Below are positions 1 to 8,754 of a DNA stretch of 38,299 bases, piece after piece. The stretch spans positions 1-38,299 of the forward strand of contig PWFM01000039.1 in assembly GCA_003553895.1 (NCBI GenBank), given 5' to 3'. The DNA comes from Syntrophomonadaceae bacterium. Lineage in GTDB: Bacteria; Bacillota; Dethiobacteria; DTU022. Position 1 is the stretch's first letter; each line of letters opens with the position of its first letter. The notes below the pieces were generated by a model. That model ran no database searches. It saw only the letters and a program-made list of their open reading frames with translations, and was not told the origin of the DNA. A program made the translations under genes and the position numbers.

Positions 1-1
1 A

Positions 2-559
2 CTCCGCAAGGAGATCATAAAGTTTAGAGACCGCTTTACCGGGGCAGAAATTGCTGAAAAAAGCGCCCGCATTGCCCAAAACCTCTATTCGGTTCCGGCT
101 TACCGGGAGGCAAATGCGGTGATGTTCTTTATCTCTTTTGGCAGCGAAGTTGATACCGGTCCGATGATTAAAGAAACGATGAAACGGGGCAAGCAGGCGC
201 TTGCCCCTAAAGCTGTCCCTGAAACGAAAGAGCTGATTCCCTCGGAAATTTTTGACCCGGATCGGGATCTGGTTCCCGGGGCCTACAATATCCCGGAACC
301 GGGCCCGGAAACCCTGCGCCCCCGGGATCCCGAGATCATCGATCTATTAATAGTCCCCGGGGTGGGTTTTGATCTCGAAGGAGGCAGGCTGGGCTATGGA
401 GGCGGTTATTACGATCGCTTTTTTGAACGCCTCAGGCCCGGTGTCCCTCTGGTGGCCCTGGCCTTTGAAATGCAGATCAGGCCATATGTTCCTCTTGATC
501 AATGGGACCGGCGGGTTGACCTTATAATTACAGAAAAAAGAATCATTGCCGGAACTTGA
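2..559 (+). CDS. 5-formyltetrahydrofolate cyclo-ligase (5'-partial)
   Basis: Frame is open from position 2 (LRKEIIKFR...). Contains SEVDT and the family signature DLLIVPGVGFD...RLGYGGGYYDRF. Confidence 0.93.
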   Translation, partial: LRKEIIKFRDRFTGAEIAEKSARIAQNLYSVPAYREANAVMFFISFGSEVDTGPMIKETMKRGKQALAPKAVPETKELIPSEIFDPDRDLVPGAYNIPEPGPETLRPRDPEIIDLLIVPGVGFDLEGGRLGYGGGYYDRFFERLRPGVPLVALAFEMQIRPYVPLDQWDRRVDLIITEKRIIAGT

Positions 560-594
560 TGAACTCTGAGCCGGCCTGCGCCCCCGGATAGTTC

Positions 595-1236
595 TTAACC
601 TTTTTTGCTTTTAGGCTGGTTCTTGAAGAACCCGTGAAATAGCATGTCGATGATTATATTAGCAATTCTATCCAGGTCCTGCTCTCTTTCATTAACCACT
701 TCCCAGATAAAACGATCGACCAGCAGTATATAGGCCTTTGCTCCCAGTTGAACATCGAATTCCTGGGCCAGACCTTTTTCCTGGGCATAAGTAAAGGAGC
801 GGGCGGAGCTTTCTATAAAATGGGCCTTTACTCCGTACCAGTGCCCGGATATTGAATCAGACTGGCCCAGCGCTTGCTGGTAGACTTTCATGATCGGACG
901 ATGCTGTTCCGCAAGGCGGAAAGAGGTTAAAATTAATTCGTAATAAGCGCTGCGGGCATCTTCCAGGGTTTTGGGGGCAAATGGTACTTCGAGCAGGTTG
1001 TAAAACTCAACCAGCACGTTGTCGACGACTTTGTTCAAAATATCGTCTTTGCCTTTAAAATGGCTGTATACTGTGCCGTAGCCCACCTTGGCCTGATCGC
1101 TGATTTTGGCTATCGTAGTTTTGGCATAGCCTTCTGTAAGGAATACATCCAGGGCAGTGTCCAGGATTAGCTTCCGCGTGATGCGGCTGCGTAAATAACG
1201 ACGTGGCCTCCTACTATTGTTTTTTTCCAAGGTCAA
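595..1236 (-). CDS. TetR/AcrR family transcriptional regulator
   Basis: N-terminal HTH (ILDTALDVFLTEGYAKTTIAKISDQAKVGYGTVYSHFKGKDDIL). Start placed at a TTG (1236 or 1230) downstream of AAGGAGG at 1248-1242 on the minus strand. Confidence 0.9.
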   Translation of the reverse strand: MTLEKNNSRRPRRYLRSRITRKLILDTALDVFLTEGYAKTTIAKISDQAKVGYGTVYSHFKGKDDILNKVVDNVLVEFYNLLEVPFAPKTLEDARSAYYELILTSFRLAEQHRPIMKVYQQALGQSDSISGHWYGVKAHFIESSARSFTYAQEKGLAQEFDVQLGAKAYILLVDRFIWEVVNEREQDLDRIANIIIDMLFHGFFKNQPKSKKG

Positions 1237-1423
1237 AGGAACCTCCTTCATCTTGTTAGAATAGCAATGCAACTTGCAACGATATTTTATCATTTTATAA
1301 AAATATTTGCAAAGCTTAATTTTAGATAAAATTAGTTTTAATGGGCAGAAAAAAGTTACTTTTGCTTTTCACCCTTTGATTTAGTAAGATTGAAAAGGCA
1401 AATATTCCAGGCGGGGTAAAAAA

Positions 1424-2116
1424 ATGGCTATTTATGCGCTCGGCGATCTGCACCTTTCCCACGAAAAGGATAAACCGATGGACATATTTGGTCCTGAGTG
1501 GGAGAATCATACAGAAAAGATCAGAGAAAACTGGAACAGCCAGGTTGGCCGGGAAGACCTGGTTATTGTGCCGGGTGATATATCCTGGGCCATGCGCCTG
1601 CCGGAAGCTCTCCCGGATTTGCATTGGTTGTCGGGTTTGCCGGGGACAAAGCTTTTAATCAGGGGCAACCACGATTACTGGTGGTCTTCCATCGGCAAGG
1701 TCAGAGCCCGCCTTCCAGCCACTGTCTTTGCCCTGCAAAATGATCATTTTGCCTGGGAAGGGTGGGCCATATGCGGCACCAGGGGCTGGATCTGCCCCGG
1801 CGAAGAAGGATTTGACAATGACCAGGATCAAAAAATATATCTCAGGGAAGCCCAGCGCCTTCAGATGTCTCTCGACAGCGCCCGGGAAAAATCATTTCAA
1901 GATCTTATCTGCGCCCTGCATTTTCCGCCTTTTAACCGCAAAGGCCATGATAGCGCTTTTACTGACCTCCTGGAAGAATACGGTGTAAGGATCTGCGTCT
2001 TCGGCCATATCCATGACGAAGGCAGGAACCATATTTACCAGGGCCAAAGAAACGGGGTCGAATACCGTTTTGTGGCTGCGGACGGCAATAATTTTGCGCC
2101 GGTGCTATTGGTTTAG
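1424..2116 (+). CDS. Calcineurin-like metallophosphoesterase
   Basis: Motifs GDLHL, PGDISW, GNHDYW, HFPP, FGHIH. Confidence 0.9.
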   Translation: MAIYALGDLHLSHEKDKPMDIFGPEWENHTEKIRENWNSQVGREDLVIVPGDISWAMRLPEALPDLHWLSGLPGTKLLIRGNHDYWWSSIGKVRARLPATVFALQNDHFAWEGWAICGTRGWICPGEEGFDNDQDQKIYLREAQRLQMSLDSAREKSFQDLICALHFPPFNRKGHDSAFTDLLEEYGVRICVFGHIHDEGRNHIYQGQRNGVEYRFVAADGNNFAPVLLV

Positions 2117-2159
2117 AATGATGATTATGTTCTATTTTTCTCAAATTCCCGATTTATGA

Positions 2160-2188
2160 GCAGGATTTATCTATGATAACGAGAATAA
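2160..2188 (+). promoter_or_regulatory. Putative SigH-type promoter of the redox operon
   Basis: GCAGGATTT-N14-GAATAA matches the Firmicute sigma-H consensus RNAGGAWWW...GAAT. A TATACT at 2213-2218 could be a second (SigA) -10. Confidence 0.5.
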
Positions 2189-2248
2189 ATAAAGCAGGTA
2201 AAAACTAAGTTTTATACTTAGATAAGAAACAATAAGGAGGTAAGTGAT

Positions 2249-2740
2249 TTGAGCAGTGAGGCTGAGGTTGCGGCCGTCAACCAGGACATCGATTTGAGCC
2301 AGGTCGATTCGATTATCGAACCGTACCTGGGAAGGAAAGAAATGGTCATCCCAATTTTGCAAAAAGTGCAGGAACATTTCGGCTACCTGCCGCGCCCGGC
2401 AATGGAACATGTATCCCGCCGGATGCGTATCCCTCTTAGCCGTCTTTACGGTGTTACCACGTTTTATGCCCAGTTTAAATTAAAGCCCCGGGGGCGAAAC
2501 ATTATCAGGGTCTGTAAAGGCACGGCCTGCCACATCCAGGGCAGCCCGAAGATATCCGAAAGGATCGAGGAAATCCTGGATGTAGAAAGCGGCGACACTA
2601 CCGAGGACTTGAGGTTTACCCTGGAAGAAGTAGCCTGTATCGGGTGCTGCGCGCTGGCGCCGGTTATCATGATCAATGACGACCCGCATGGACGGTTAAC
2701 GCCGGACAAGGTTAAAGATATTCTGGAAAGTTATGAATAA
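2249..2740 (+). CDS. NuoE/HydC-like [2Fe-2S] subunit
   Basis: GVTTFYAQF, CKGTAC and ACIGCC thioredoxin-like 2Fe-2S ligands. AAGGAGG RBS, TTG start. Confidence 0.93.
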   Translation: MSSEAEVAAVNQDIDLSQVDSIIEPYLGRKEMVIPILQKVQEHFGYLPRPAMEHVSRRMRIPLSRLYGVTTFYAQFKLKPRGRNIIRVCKGTACHIQGSPKISERIEEILDVESGDTTEDLRFTLEEVACIGCCALAPVIMINDDPHGRLTPDKVKDILESYE

Positions 2741-2757
2741 AAATAGGAGGTATCCCG

Positions 2758-2937
2758 ATGGAGAAGTTTCTTGATCCTTGTTGTGAAAAATGCACCCATA
2801 GCAAGGACACTCCTTGTAAAGATTTTGTGGACTGCTGCGTGGAAGGTCCCATCTGCCATGAAAATCAAGAATGTGCCGATAAACGCAAAGCTATTATTGA
2901 AAAAGTAGCCCTGGACGAAAAATTTGTAATCAGTTAA
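2758..2937 (+). CDS. 59-aa Cys-rich protein (not in the ORF track), probable metal/Fe-S-binding subunit
   Basis: AGGAGG RBS 7 nt before ATG 2758. Translates as MEKFLDPCCEKCTHSKDTPCKDFVDCCVEGPICHENQECADKRKAIIEKVALDEKFVIS* (8 Cys, 2 His) and fills the nuoE-nuoF gap. Confidence 0.85.
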   Translation: MEKFLDPCCEKCTHSKDTPCKDFVDCCVEGPICHENQECADKRKAIIEKVALDEKFVIS

Positions 2938-2971
2938 CGGACTTGACCAGGGAAAGGGAGGTTAGAGGCTA

Positions 2972-4789
2972 TTGTACGAGAAACACATAATGATTTGCGG
3001 AGCTACGGGCTGTCTGTCTTCGGGTTCAAACCAGATCGCGGAAGCTTTGACTGAAGAACTTGAAAGCCGGGGAATTAGAGATAAATACCGCCTGGTCATG
3101 GGAGGGTGCCCCGGATTCTGCGAGGTTGGCCCCATCATCGTGATTTACCCTGATGAAGTTTTCTACTGCCGCCTGAAGACAAAAGATATGGCCGAGCTGG
3201 TAGAACAGCACCTGATCGGTGGAGAAATAGTTGAACGCCTGCTTTACAAGGGCCCGGATGTGGACGCGCCGGCCCGTTTTTACGACACCATCCCCTTTTA
3301 TTCCAAGCAGAAATTTAATGTTCTGCGCAACAGCGGGGTTATTGACCCGGAGAGCATCGACGAGTATATTATGCGCGGCGGATACCGGGCCCTGAGACGC
3401 GCCCTCCAGATGGATTCTCAGGCCATCTGCGACGAAGTCAAGGATGCCGGTTTGCGCGGCCGCGGCGGCGCCGGTTTCCCGACCGGCATTAAGTGGGGTT
3501 TTACCAATAAAGCCCCCGGTCCCAAGAAGTATATCGTTTGCAACGCCGACGAAGGCGACCCCGGGGCCTTCATGGACCGCAGTATCCTCGAAGGCGATCC
3601 TCATGCCATCATTGAAGGGATGCTGATTGCCGGAAAAGCCTGCGGGGCCGATGAAGGATATATTTACTGCCGGGCTGAATACCCGTTAGCGATTAAAAGA
3701 CTCAGGGACGCCATCAAGCAGGCGGAAGATTACGGCCTGCTGGGCAGCAACATTCTTGACTCCGGCTTTAATTTTAAAATGAATATTAAAGAAGGGGCGG
3801 GAGCTTTTGTCTGCGGCGAAGAGACGGCGCTCCTGGCTTCCATTGAAGGGAAGAGGGGCATGCCCCGTCCCCGGCCGCCCTTCCCGGCCCAGGTGGGCGT
3901 ATTTGGCAAACCGACCACCATCAACAACGTGGAAACCTTTGCCAACGTTCCCCTGATTGTAAAAGAAGGGGGAGCAGAGGAATTTAAGAAAGTCGGGACT
4001 GAAGGCAGCAAGGGGACCAAGGTATTTGCCCTGGCCGGCAAAGTTCGCAATACCGGTCTGGTCGAAGTCCCCATGGGCATCACCATCGAAGAAATTATAT
4101 TCGATGTCGGCGGCGGTATCCAGGGCGGCCGGGAATTTAAGGCAGTCCAGGCCGGCGGGCCTTCAGGGGGATGTATTCCCCAGGACCTGATCAACCTGCC
4201 CATTGACTACGATTCCCTGACCCAGGCCGGAGCAATCATGGGATCCGGCGGCCTGGTGGTCATGGACGACCGGACCTGTATGGTCGACCTGGCCAACTAC
4301 TTCTTGAGTTTTACCCAGAAAGAATCCTGTGGCAAGTGCACCCCCTGCCGGGAAGGGACCAAGCGGATGCTTGAGATTCTCGACCGGATCACCGAGGGGG
4401 AAGGAAAGCCGGAAGACCTCGATACGCTGGACAGCCTGGCCCACAGTATCAAGGACAGCGCCCTCTGCGGCCTGGGGCAGACCTGCCCCAACCCGGTTTT
4501 AACCACGATTCGCTACTTCCGCCATGAATATGAAGAGCATATTAATGAAGGTTACTGCCGTTCCGGGATCTGCAAACCCCTGTTCCAGTACTTGATCGAC
4601 CAGGAGAATTGTACCGGCTGCCGGGCCTGCGTCAGGGTTTGCCCGGTGGAAGCGATCAAGGGCGAAAAGAAAGAGCCCCATGAAATCATCCAGGACCTGT
4701 GCACCCGCTGCGGCAGTTGTATAGAAAAATGCCGCCAGGATTGCATTATGATTACTCGTGTAGGGAGTGAAGCTGATGTCGGCAATTAA
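2972..4789 (+). CDS. NuoF/HydB-like NADH/FMN-binding subunit (bifurcating-type architecture)
   Basis: N-terminal 2Fe-2S domain (CGATGC...CPGFC), GLRGRGGAGFPTG, NADEGDPGAFMDRS, GAFVCGEETAL, NNVETF, GGPSGG, CGKCTPCREG, CGLG, and two C-terminal CxxCxxCxxxC motifs. Confidence 0.95.
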   Translation: MYEKHIMICGATGCLSSGSNQIAEALTEELESRGIRDKYRLVMGGCPGFCEVGPIIVIYPDEVFYCRLKTKDMAELVEQHLIGGEIVERLLYKGPDVDAPARFYDTIPFYSKQKFNVLRNSGVIDPESIDEYIMRGGYRALRRALQMDSQAICDEVKDAGLRGRGGAGFPTGIKWGFTNKAPGPKKYIVCNADEGDPGAFMDRSILEGDPHAIIEGMLIAGKACGADEGYIYCRAEYPLAIKRLRDAIKQAEDYGLLGSNILDSGFNFKMNIKEGAGAFVCGEETALLASIEGKRGMPRPRPPFPAQVGVFGKPTTINNVETFANVPLIVKEGGAEEFKKVGTEGSKGTKVFALAGKVRNTGLVEVPMGITIEEIIFDVGGGIQGGREFKAVQAGGPSGGCIPQDLINLPIDYDSLTQAGAIMGSGGLVVMDDRTCMVDLANYFLSFTQKESCGKCTPCREGTKRMLEILDRITEGEGKPEDLDTLDSLAHSIKDSALCGLGQTCPNPVLTTIRYFRHEYEEHINEGYCRSGICKPLFQYLIDQENCTGCRACVRVCPVEAIKGEKKEPHEIIQDLCTRCGSCIEKCRQDCIMITRVGSEADVGN

Positions 4790-7223
4790 ATTAACCATAG
4801 ACGGACAAGAGATCGAGGTGGCTCCCGGTACGACGATTCTCGAAGCCGCCCGGCAGCTCGGGATCGACATTCCGACTTTTTGCCACGACCCCGAACTGCC
4901 CCCCAACGGGGCCTGCCGCATTTGCGTGGTCGAAGTGGAAAAAGCCCGGGCCCTGGTGGCTTCCTGTGTGGCTCCTGTCGGCCCGGACATGGTCGTCCAT
5001 ACCGAATCGGAGCGGGGGGTTAAGGCCCGGAAAAACAACCTGAGCCTGATGCTGGCCAATCACCCCCTGGATTGCATTACCTGCGAAAAAACTGGTGAAT
5101 GCAAGCTTCAGGATTATTGCTATCGTTACGGGGTAGCCAGCACCGAGTTTGAGGGTGAGGTTAAAAACCTGCCCTATGACGATACCAACGAATTTTTCCT
5201 GCGCGATATGAACAAATGTATCCTCTGCGGTATCTGTGTCGGTAAAGACCAGCTGGTAGTGGGGGCCGGCGCGATCGATTTTTCGAAGCGCGGGTTTACT
5301 ACCAATGTCAGCCCCGGATTTGAAGATCCGATCGAAGAATCATCCTGCGTTTTCTGCGGGATGTGCATAGACAACTGCCCGGTAGGGGCCCTGATTCCCA
5401 AGTATGTGACCGGCAAGGGGCGTCCCTGGCAGACCGAAAGCGTGCCTGCAGTATGCCCTTACTGCAGCCTTGGTTGTAATATAAACCTGCACGTCAAGGA
5501 CAATGAAGTAATCGGGGTCAGCCCCGTTATGGAAAGCCCGGTTAACCGCGGCCATCTCTGCGTGCAGGGCAAATTCGGCTGGGACTTCGTTCACAGCGGC
5601 GACAGGGTTACCGCGCCGATGGTGAAAACTAACGGGGTTTTCGTCGAAGTCAGCTGGGAAGAAGCGCTCGATTACATTGTTGACAATATTAAGGAAATCC
5701 AGTCCCGTTACGGGGCCGATGCCCTGATGGGCCTGAGTTCACCCAAGATCAGCAATGAAGAGAGCTACCTCTTCCAGAAGCTGGTCCGATCCCTGGGCAC
5801 CAACAACGTGGACAGCTACAGCAAACACTGCCACGCCTCTGCGGTGGACGGGATGATGGACGCTTTTGGCAATGCCGCCACCACCAACAGCATTAACGAA
5901 GTAGCGGCTACAGGTGCGGTCCTGGTCATCGGGTCCAACCCGGCGGAAAGCCATCCGATCCTTGACTACCGGGTTCGCGAAGCGGCCCGTAACGGCGCCG
6001 AACTTATCATTGCCACTCCCGACACGATCGGGCTGGTAGATGTATCAACGGCGTACCTGCCCCTTAAAGAAGGCACGGAAGTGGCCCTGCTGAATGCTAT
6101 GGCCAATGTTATTATCAGCGAAGGTCTGCATGACCAGGACTTTGTTGATAAGAGGACCGAAGGCTTTGCAGAGCTTAAAAAAGCAGTCGATCAATACAGC
6201 CCCGCTTACGCCGCCGGGATCACCGGGCTGGGCGAAGAAGAAATCCGTTCTGCCGCCCGGGCTTACGCTTCCGCTGAAAAAGCGGTAATAGTTAGTGATG
6301 CCTGCGCTGGTGAATATATCGGTGGCGCCGATTTTGTCCGGGCCCTGGCCAACCTGGCCATGCTGACCGGCAACGTGGGCAAAGAAGCGACCGGCGTCTA
6401 CGTGCCCTACGGGGAAAACAACCTCCAGGGTATGACCGACATGGGCGTGCTGCCCAACATCGCGACCGGTTACCAGCACCTCAAGGAGAAAGCGGTCCGG
6501 GATAAGTTTTCCAAAGCCTGGGGCGTTGAAATCAGCGAAACCCCCGGTATGACCGTTGCGGAAGCCTTTGCCGGAGGAAAGAATACCTCGATTAAGGCCA
6601 TGTATATCATGGGTGAAAATCCGGTAACCTGCGGAGGAGGAAGTCCGGAGGTGGTTGATTACCTGAATAACCTTGAATTCCTGGTAGTTCAGGACATCTT
6701 TATGACCGAAACGGCCGCTCTTGCCGATGTAGTGCTCCCGCAAGCGGCATTTGCTGAAAAGCTGGGCACCTATACCAACACCGAACGAAGGGTGCAGCTC
6801 AGCCAGCCCGCCCTGGAACCCCCGGGAGAAGTTTTTCCCGATTGGGCCGTCCTGGTCGAACTGGCCGAATGGCTGGGGTTTGAATGGGACTATGCCGGGC
6901 CGGAGGAAATATTTGAGGAAATAGCCTCCCTGACGCCCGACTACAGCGGGATCTCCTATCAACGTCTGGCCGAGGAGGGTCTGCAGTGGCCCTGTCCGGA
7001 CGCAGACCATCCGGGTACAAAGTTCCTGCACGAAGAGGAATTCAGCCGCGGCAAAGGACTCTTAAGCGCAGTGGCTTACAAGCCGGAAGCGCTGCCGGTC
7101 AAAGGCGGGCATGCCGCTGTTTCTACTACCGGCGCTTATCCCGTATGCCAGTGCTTGAGCGAGAGCCTGAGCAAGCGCTCTGTGATCAAGGCTTTTAAAC
7201 AGGCTGCCCTTTCCGGCAGTTAA
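4776..7223 (+). CDS. FdhF/NuoG-like molybdopterin oxidoreductase family subunit, degenerate active site and C-terminally short
   Basis: NuoG-like N-terminus (2Fe-2S; HxxxCxxCxxxxxC; 2x4Fe-4S), CPYCSLGC...HLCVQG cluster, NNVD..CH, GENP, QDIFMTETA, GTYTNTERRVQ, LQWPCP. Start likely ATG 4776. Confidence 0.88.
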   Translation: MSAIKLTIDGQEIEVAPGTTILEAARQLGIDIPTFCHDPELPPNGACRICVVEVEKARALVASCVAPVGPDMVVHTESERGVKARKNNLSLMLANHPLDCITCEKTGECKLQDYCYRYGVASTEFEGEVKNLPYDDTNEFFLRDMNKCILCGICVGKDQLVVGAGAIDFSKRGFTTNVSPGFEDPIEESSCVFCGMCIDNCPVGALIPKYVTGKGRPWQTESVPAVCPYCSLGCNINLHVKDNEVIGVSPVMESPVNRGHLCVQGKFGWDFVHSGDRVTAPMVKTNGVFVEVSWEEALDYIVDNIKEIQSRYGADALMGLSSPKISNEESYLFQKLVRSLGTNNVDSYSKHCHASAVDGMMDAFGNAATTNSINEVAATGAVLVIGSNPAESHPILDYRVREAARNGAELIIATPDTIGLVDVSTAYLPLKEGTEVALLNAMANVIISEGLHDQDFVDKRTEGFAELKKAVDQYSPAYAAGITGLGEEEIRSAARAYASAEKAVIVSDACAGEYIGGADFVRALANLAMLTGNVGKEATGVYVPYGENNLQGMTDMGVLPNIATGYQHLKEKAVRDKFSKAWGVEISETPGMTVAEAFAGGKNTSIKAMYIMGENPVTCGGGSPEVVDYLNNLEFLVVQDIFMTETAALADVVLPQAAFAEKLGTYTNTERRVQLSQPALEPPGEVFPDWAVLVELAEWLGFEWDYAGPEEIFEEIASLTPDYSGISYQRLAEEGLQWPCPDADHPGTKFLHEEEFSRGKGLLSAVAYKPEALPVKGGHAAVSTTGAYPVCQCLSESLSKRSVIKAFKQAALSGS

Positions 7224-7249
7224 AAGAGCGTTTTTAAATGGATCTGTGA

Positions 7250-7279
7250 ACAGCGCCCCCTTGAAGAAGGGGGCGCTGT
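7250..7279 (+). terminator. GC-rich hairpin after the redox operon (probable terminator)
   Basis: Perfect 13-bp stem ACAGCGCCCCCTT/AAGGGGGCGCTGT with a GAAG loop. No clear U-tract. Confidence 0.6.
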
Positions 7280-7281
7280 CT

Positions 7282-7311
7282 GCAGGAAACCGTCCTCACC
7301 GCGCAGAATAA
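7282..7311 (+). promoter_or_regulatory. Putative SigH-type promoter of the GH1 gene
   Basis: GCAGGAAAC-N15-GAATAA directly after the hairpin. Confidence 0.35.
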
Positions 7312-7361
7312 AACATACAACCAAACGCTTAGCATACTTGCGCCGGCAGGAGGGGGCTAAT

Positions 7362-8714
7362 ATGTCAAGATATCATTTTCCCGATCATTTCATCTGGGGA
7401 GCGGCCACTTCATCTTATCAAATCGAAGGGGCTCCCGAAGCTGACGGCAAGGGTGAATCAATCTGGGATCGGTTTACCCGGTCCGGTGGCAATATCCTGG
7501 ATAACGCCACCGGAGATATTGCCTGTGACCATTACCGGCGCTATGAAGAAGACGGGCAATTGATGGCCGGACTGGGCCTCCAGGCCTACCGTTTCTCTAT
7601 TTCCTGGCCGCGCCTCTTCCCGGAAGGCGGCGGCAGGCCGAACAAAAAGGGCCTCGATTTTTACCGGCGGCTGGTTGATCAACTGCAGGGCTTCAATATT
7701 GCCCCTTTCGCAACCCTGTATCACTGGGATTTACCGCAGGCCCTGCAGGACAAAGGCGGCTGGACCAACCGGGATACGGCCAAATATTTTGCTGAATATG
7801 CCGCTTTTACATTTGAAAACCTTGATCTGCCGGTCCGGGGTTGGATTACTATCAATGAACCGTGGGTTGCCGCCTTTCTGGGCCACGCCATGGGCCTCCA
7901 TGCTCCCGGCTGGACCGACTTCAACCTGGCCCTGGCCGCTGCTCATAACCTGCTGCTCGGCCACGGATTGGCGGCGCAAAGATTCAGGGAGCAGGGGCGT
8001 AAAGACGAAGAAATCGGGATAGCCCTTAACCTCGCGCCCATTCCCCCCTTTTCTGAATCTGAAGAAGACCGGGCTGCAGCCAGGCGGACGGACGGCTTTA
8101 TGAATCGCTGGTTTCTAGATCCCCTCCTGGAAGGCGCCTACCCCCAGGATATGGTCGACCTCTACAGGCGTCATTTTACACTGCCCCCGGTGGAGGAAGG
8201 GGACATGGAAATAATTGGCGGCCCGCTCGATTTTTTGGGGATCAATAACTATACCAGGCATGTAGTAAGGGCCGGCGATTCAGAAAGCGACTTGACCGGC
8301 AATTTTGTCAACCCTCCAGAAAGTGAATATACGGAGATGGGTTGGGAAGTATATCCGCGGGGCCTTTATGAGCTTCTAAGCAGGATTGGGCGGGACTACG
8401 GGCCTATTCCTCTTTACATAACCGAAAACGGGGCCTCCTTTCCGGATCAGCTGGAAGAGGACGGAACCGTAAATGACCAGGCCAGGATTAACTACCTGCA
8501 AAGTTATATTTTTGAAGCATGGCAGGCGCTCGAAGAAGGAGCCCCTCTCAAGGGCTACTTTGTCTGGTCGCTTATGGATAATTTTGAATGGACTTTTGGC
8601 TACAGCAAGCGTTTTGGCCTCATTTATATTGATTACCAAACCCTGGAACGGCGCTGGAAAAATAGCGCTTACTGGTACAGAAAGGGGATCAGCCGAAACG
8701 GCCTTGACTTATAA
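7362..8714 (+). CDS. GH1 beta-glucosidase
   Basis: FIWGAATSSYQIEG, acid/base TINEP, nucleophile ITENG, WSLMDNFEW...KRFG. GGAGG RBS before ATG 7362. Confidence 0.95.
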   Translation: MSRYHFPDHFIWGAATSSYQIEGAPEADGKGESIWDRFTRSGGNILDNATGDIACDHYRRYEEDGQLMAGLGLQAYRFSISWPRLFPEGGGRPNKKGLDFYRRLVDQLQGFNIAPFATLYHWDLPQALQDKGGWTNRDTAKYFAEYAAFTFENLDLPVRGWITINEPWVAAFLGHAMGLHAPGWTDFNLALAAAHNLLLGHGLAAQRFREQGRKDEEIGIALNLAPIPPFSESEEDRAAARRTDGFMNRWFLDPLLEGAYPQDMVDLYRRHFTLPPVEEGDMEIIGGPLDFLGINNYTRHVVRAGDSESDLTGNFVNPPESEYTEMGWEVYPRGLYELLSRIGRDYGPIPLYITENGASFPDQLEEDGTVNDQARINYLQSYIFEAWQALEEGAPLKGYFVWSLMDNFEWTFGYSKRFGLIYIDYQTLERRWKNSAYWYRKGISRNGLDL

Positions 8715-8754
8715 AAGAGTTTTGCAATCAAGCTGAAAACAGGAGGAAAAATAA

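Noticed and set aside
1267-1277. ATGCAACTTGC shared with 19879-19889
   Set aside because: An 11-bp match between two sites in 38 kb is compatible with chance; no functional link is evident.
4776-7223. Selenocysteine FDH or frameshifted C-terminus
   Set aside because: The active-site codon is TGC and the stop is TAA. Only ~26 nt precede the hairpin and the next gene follows, leaving no room for domain IV.
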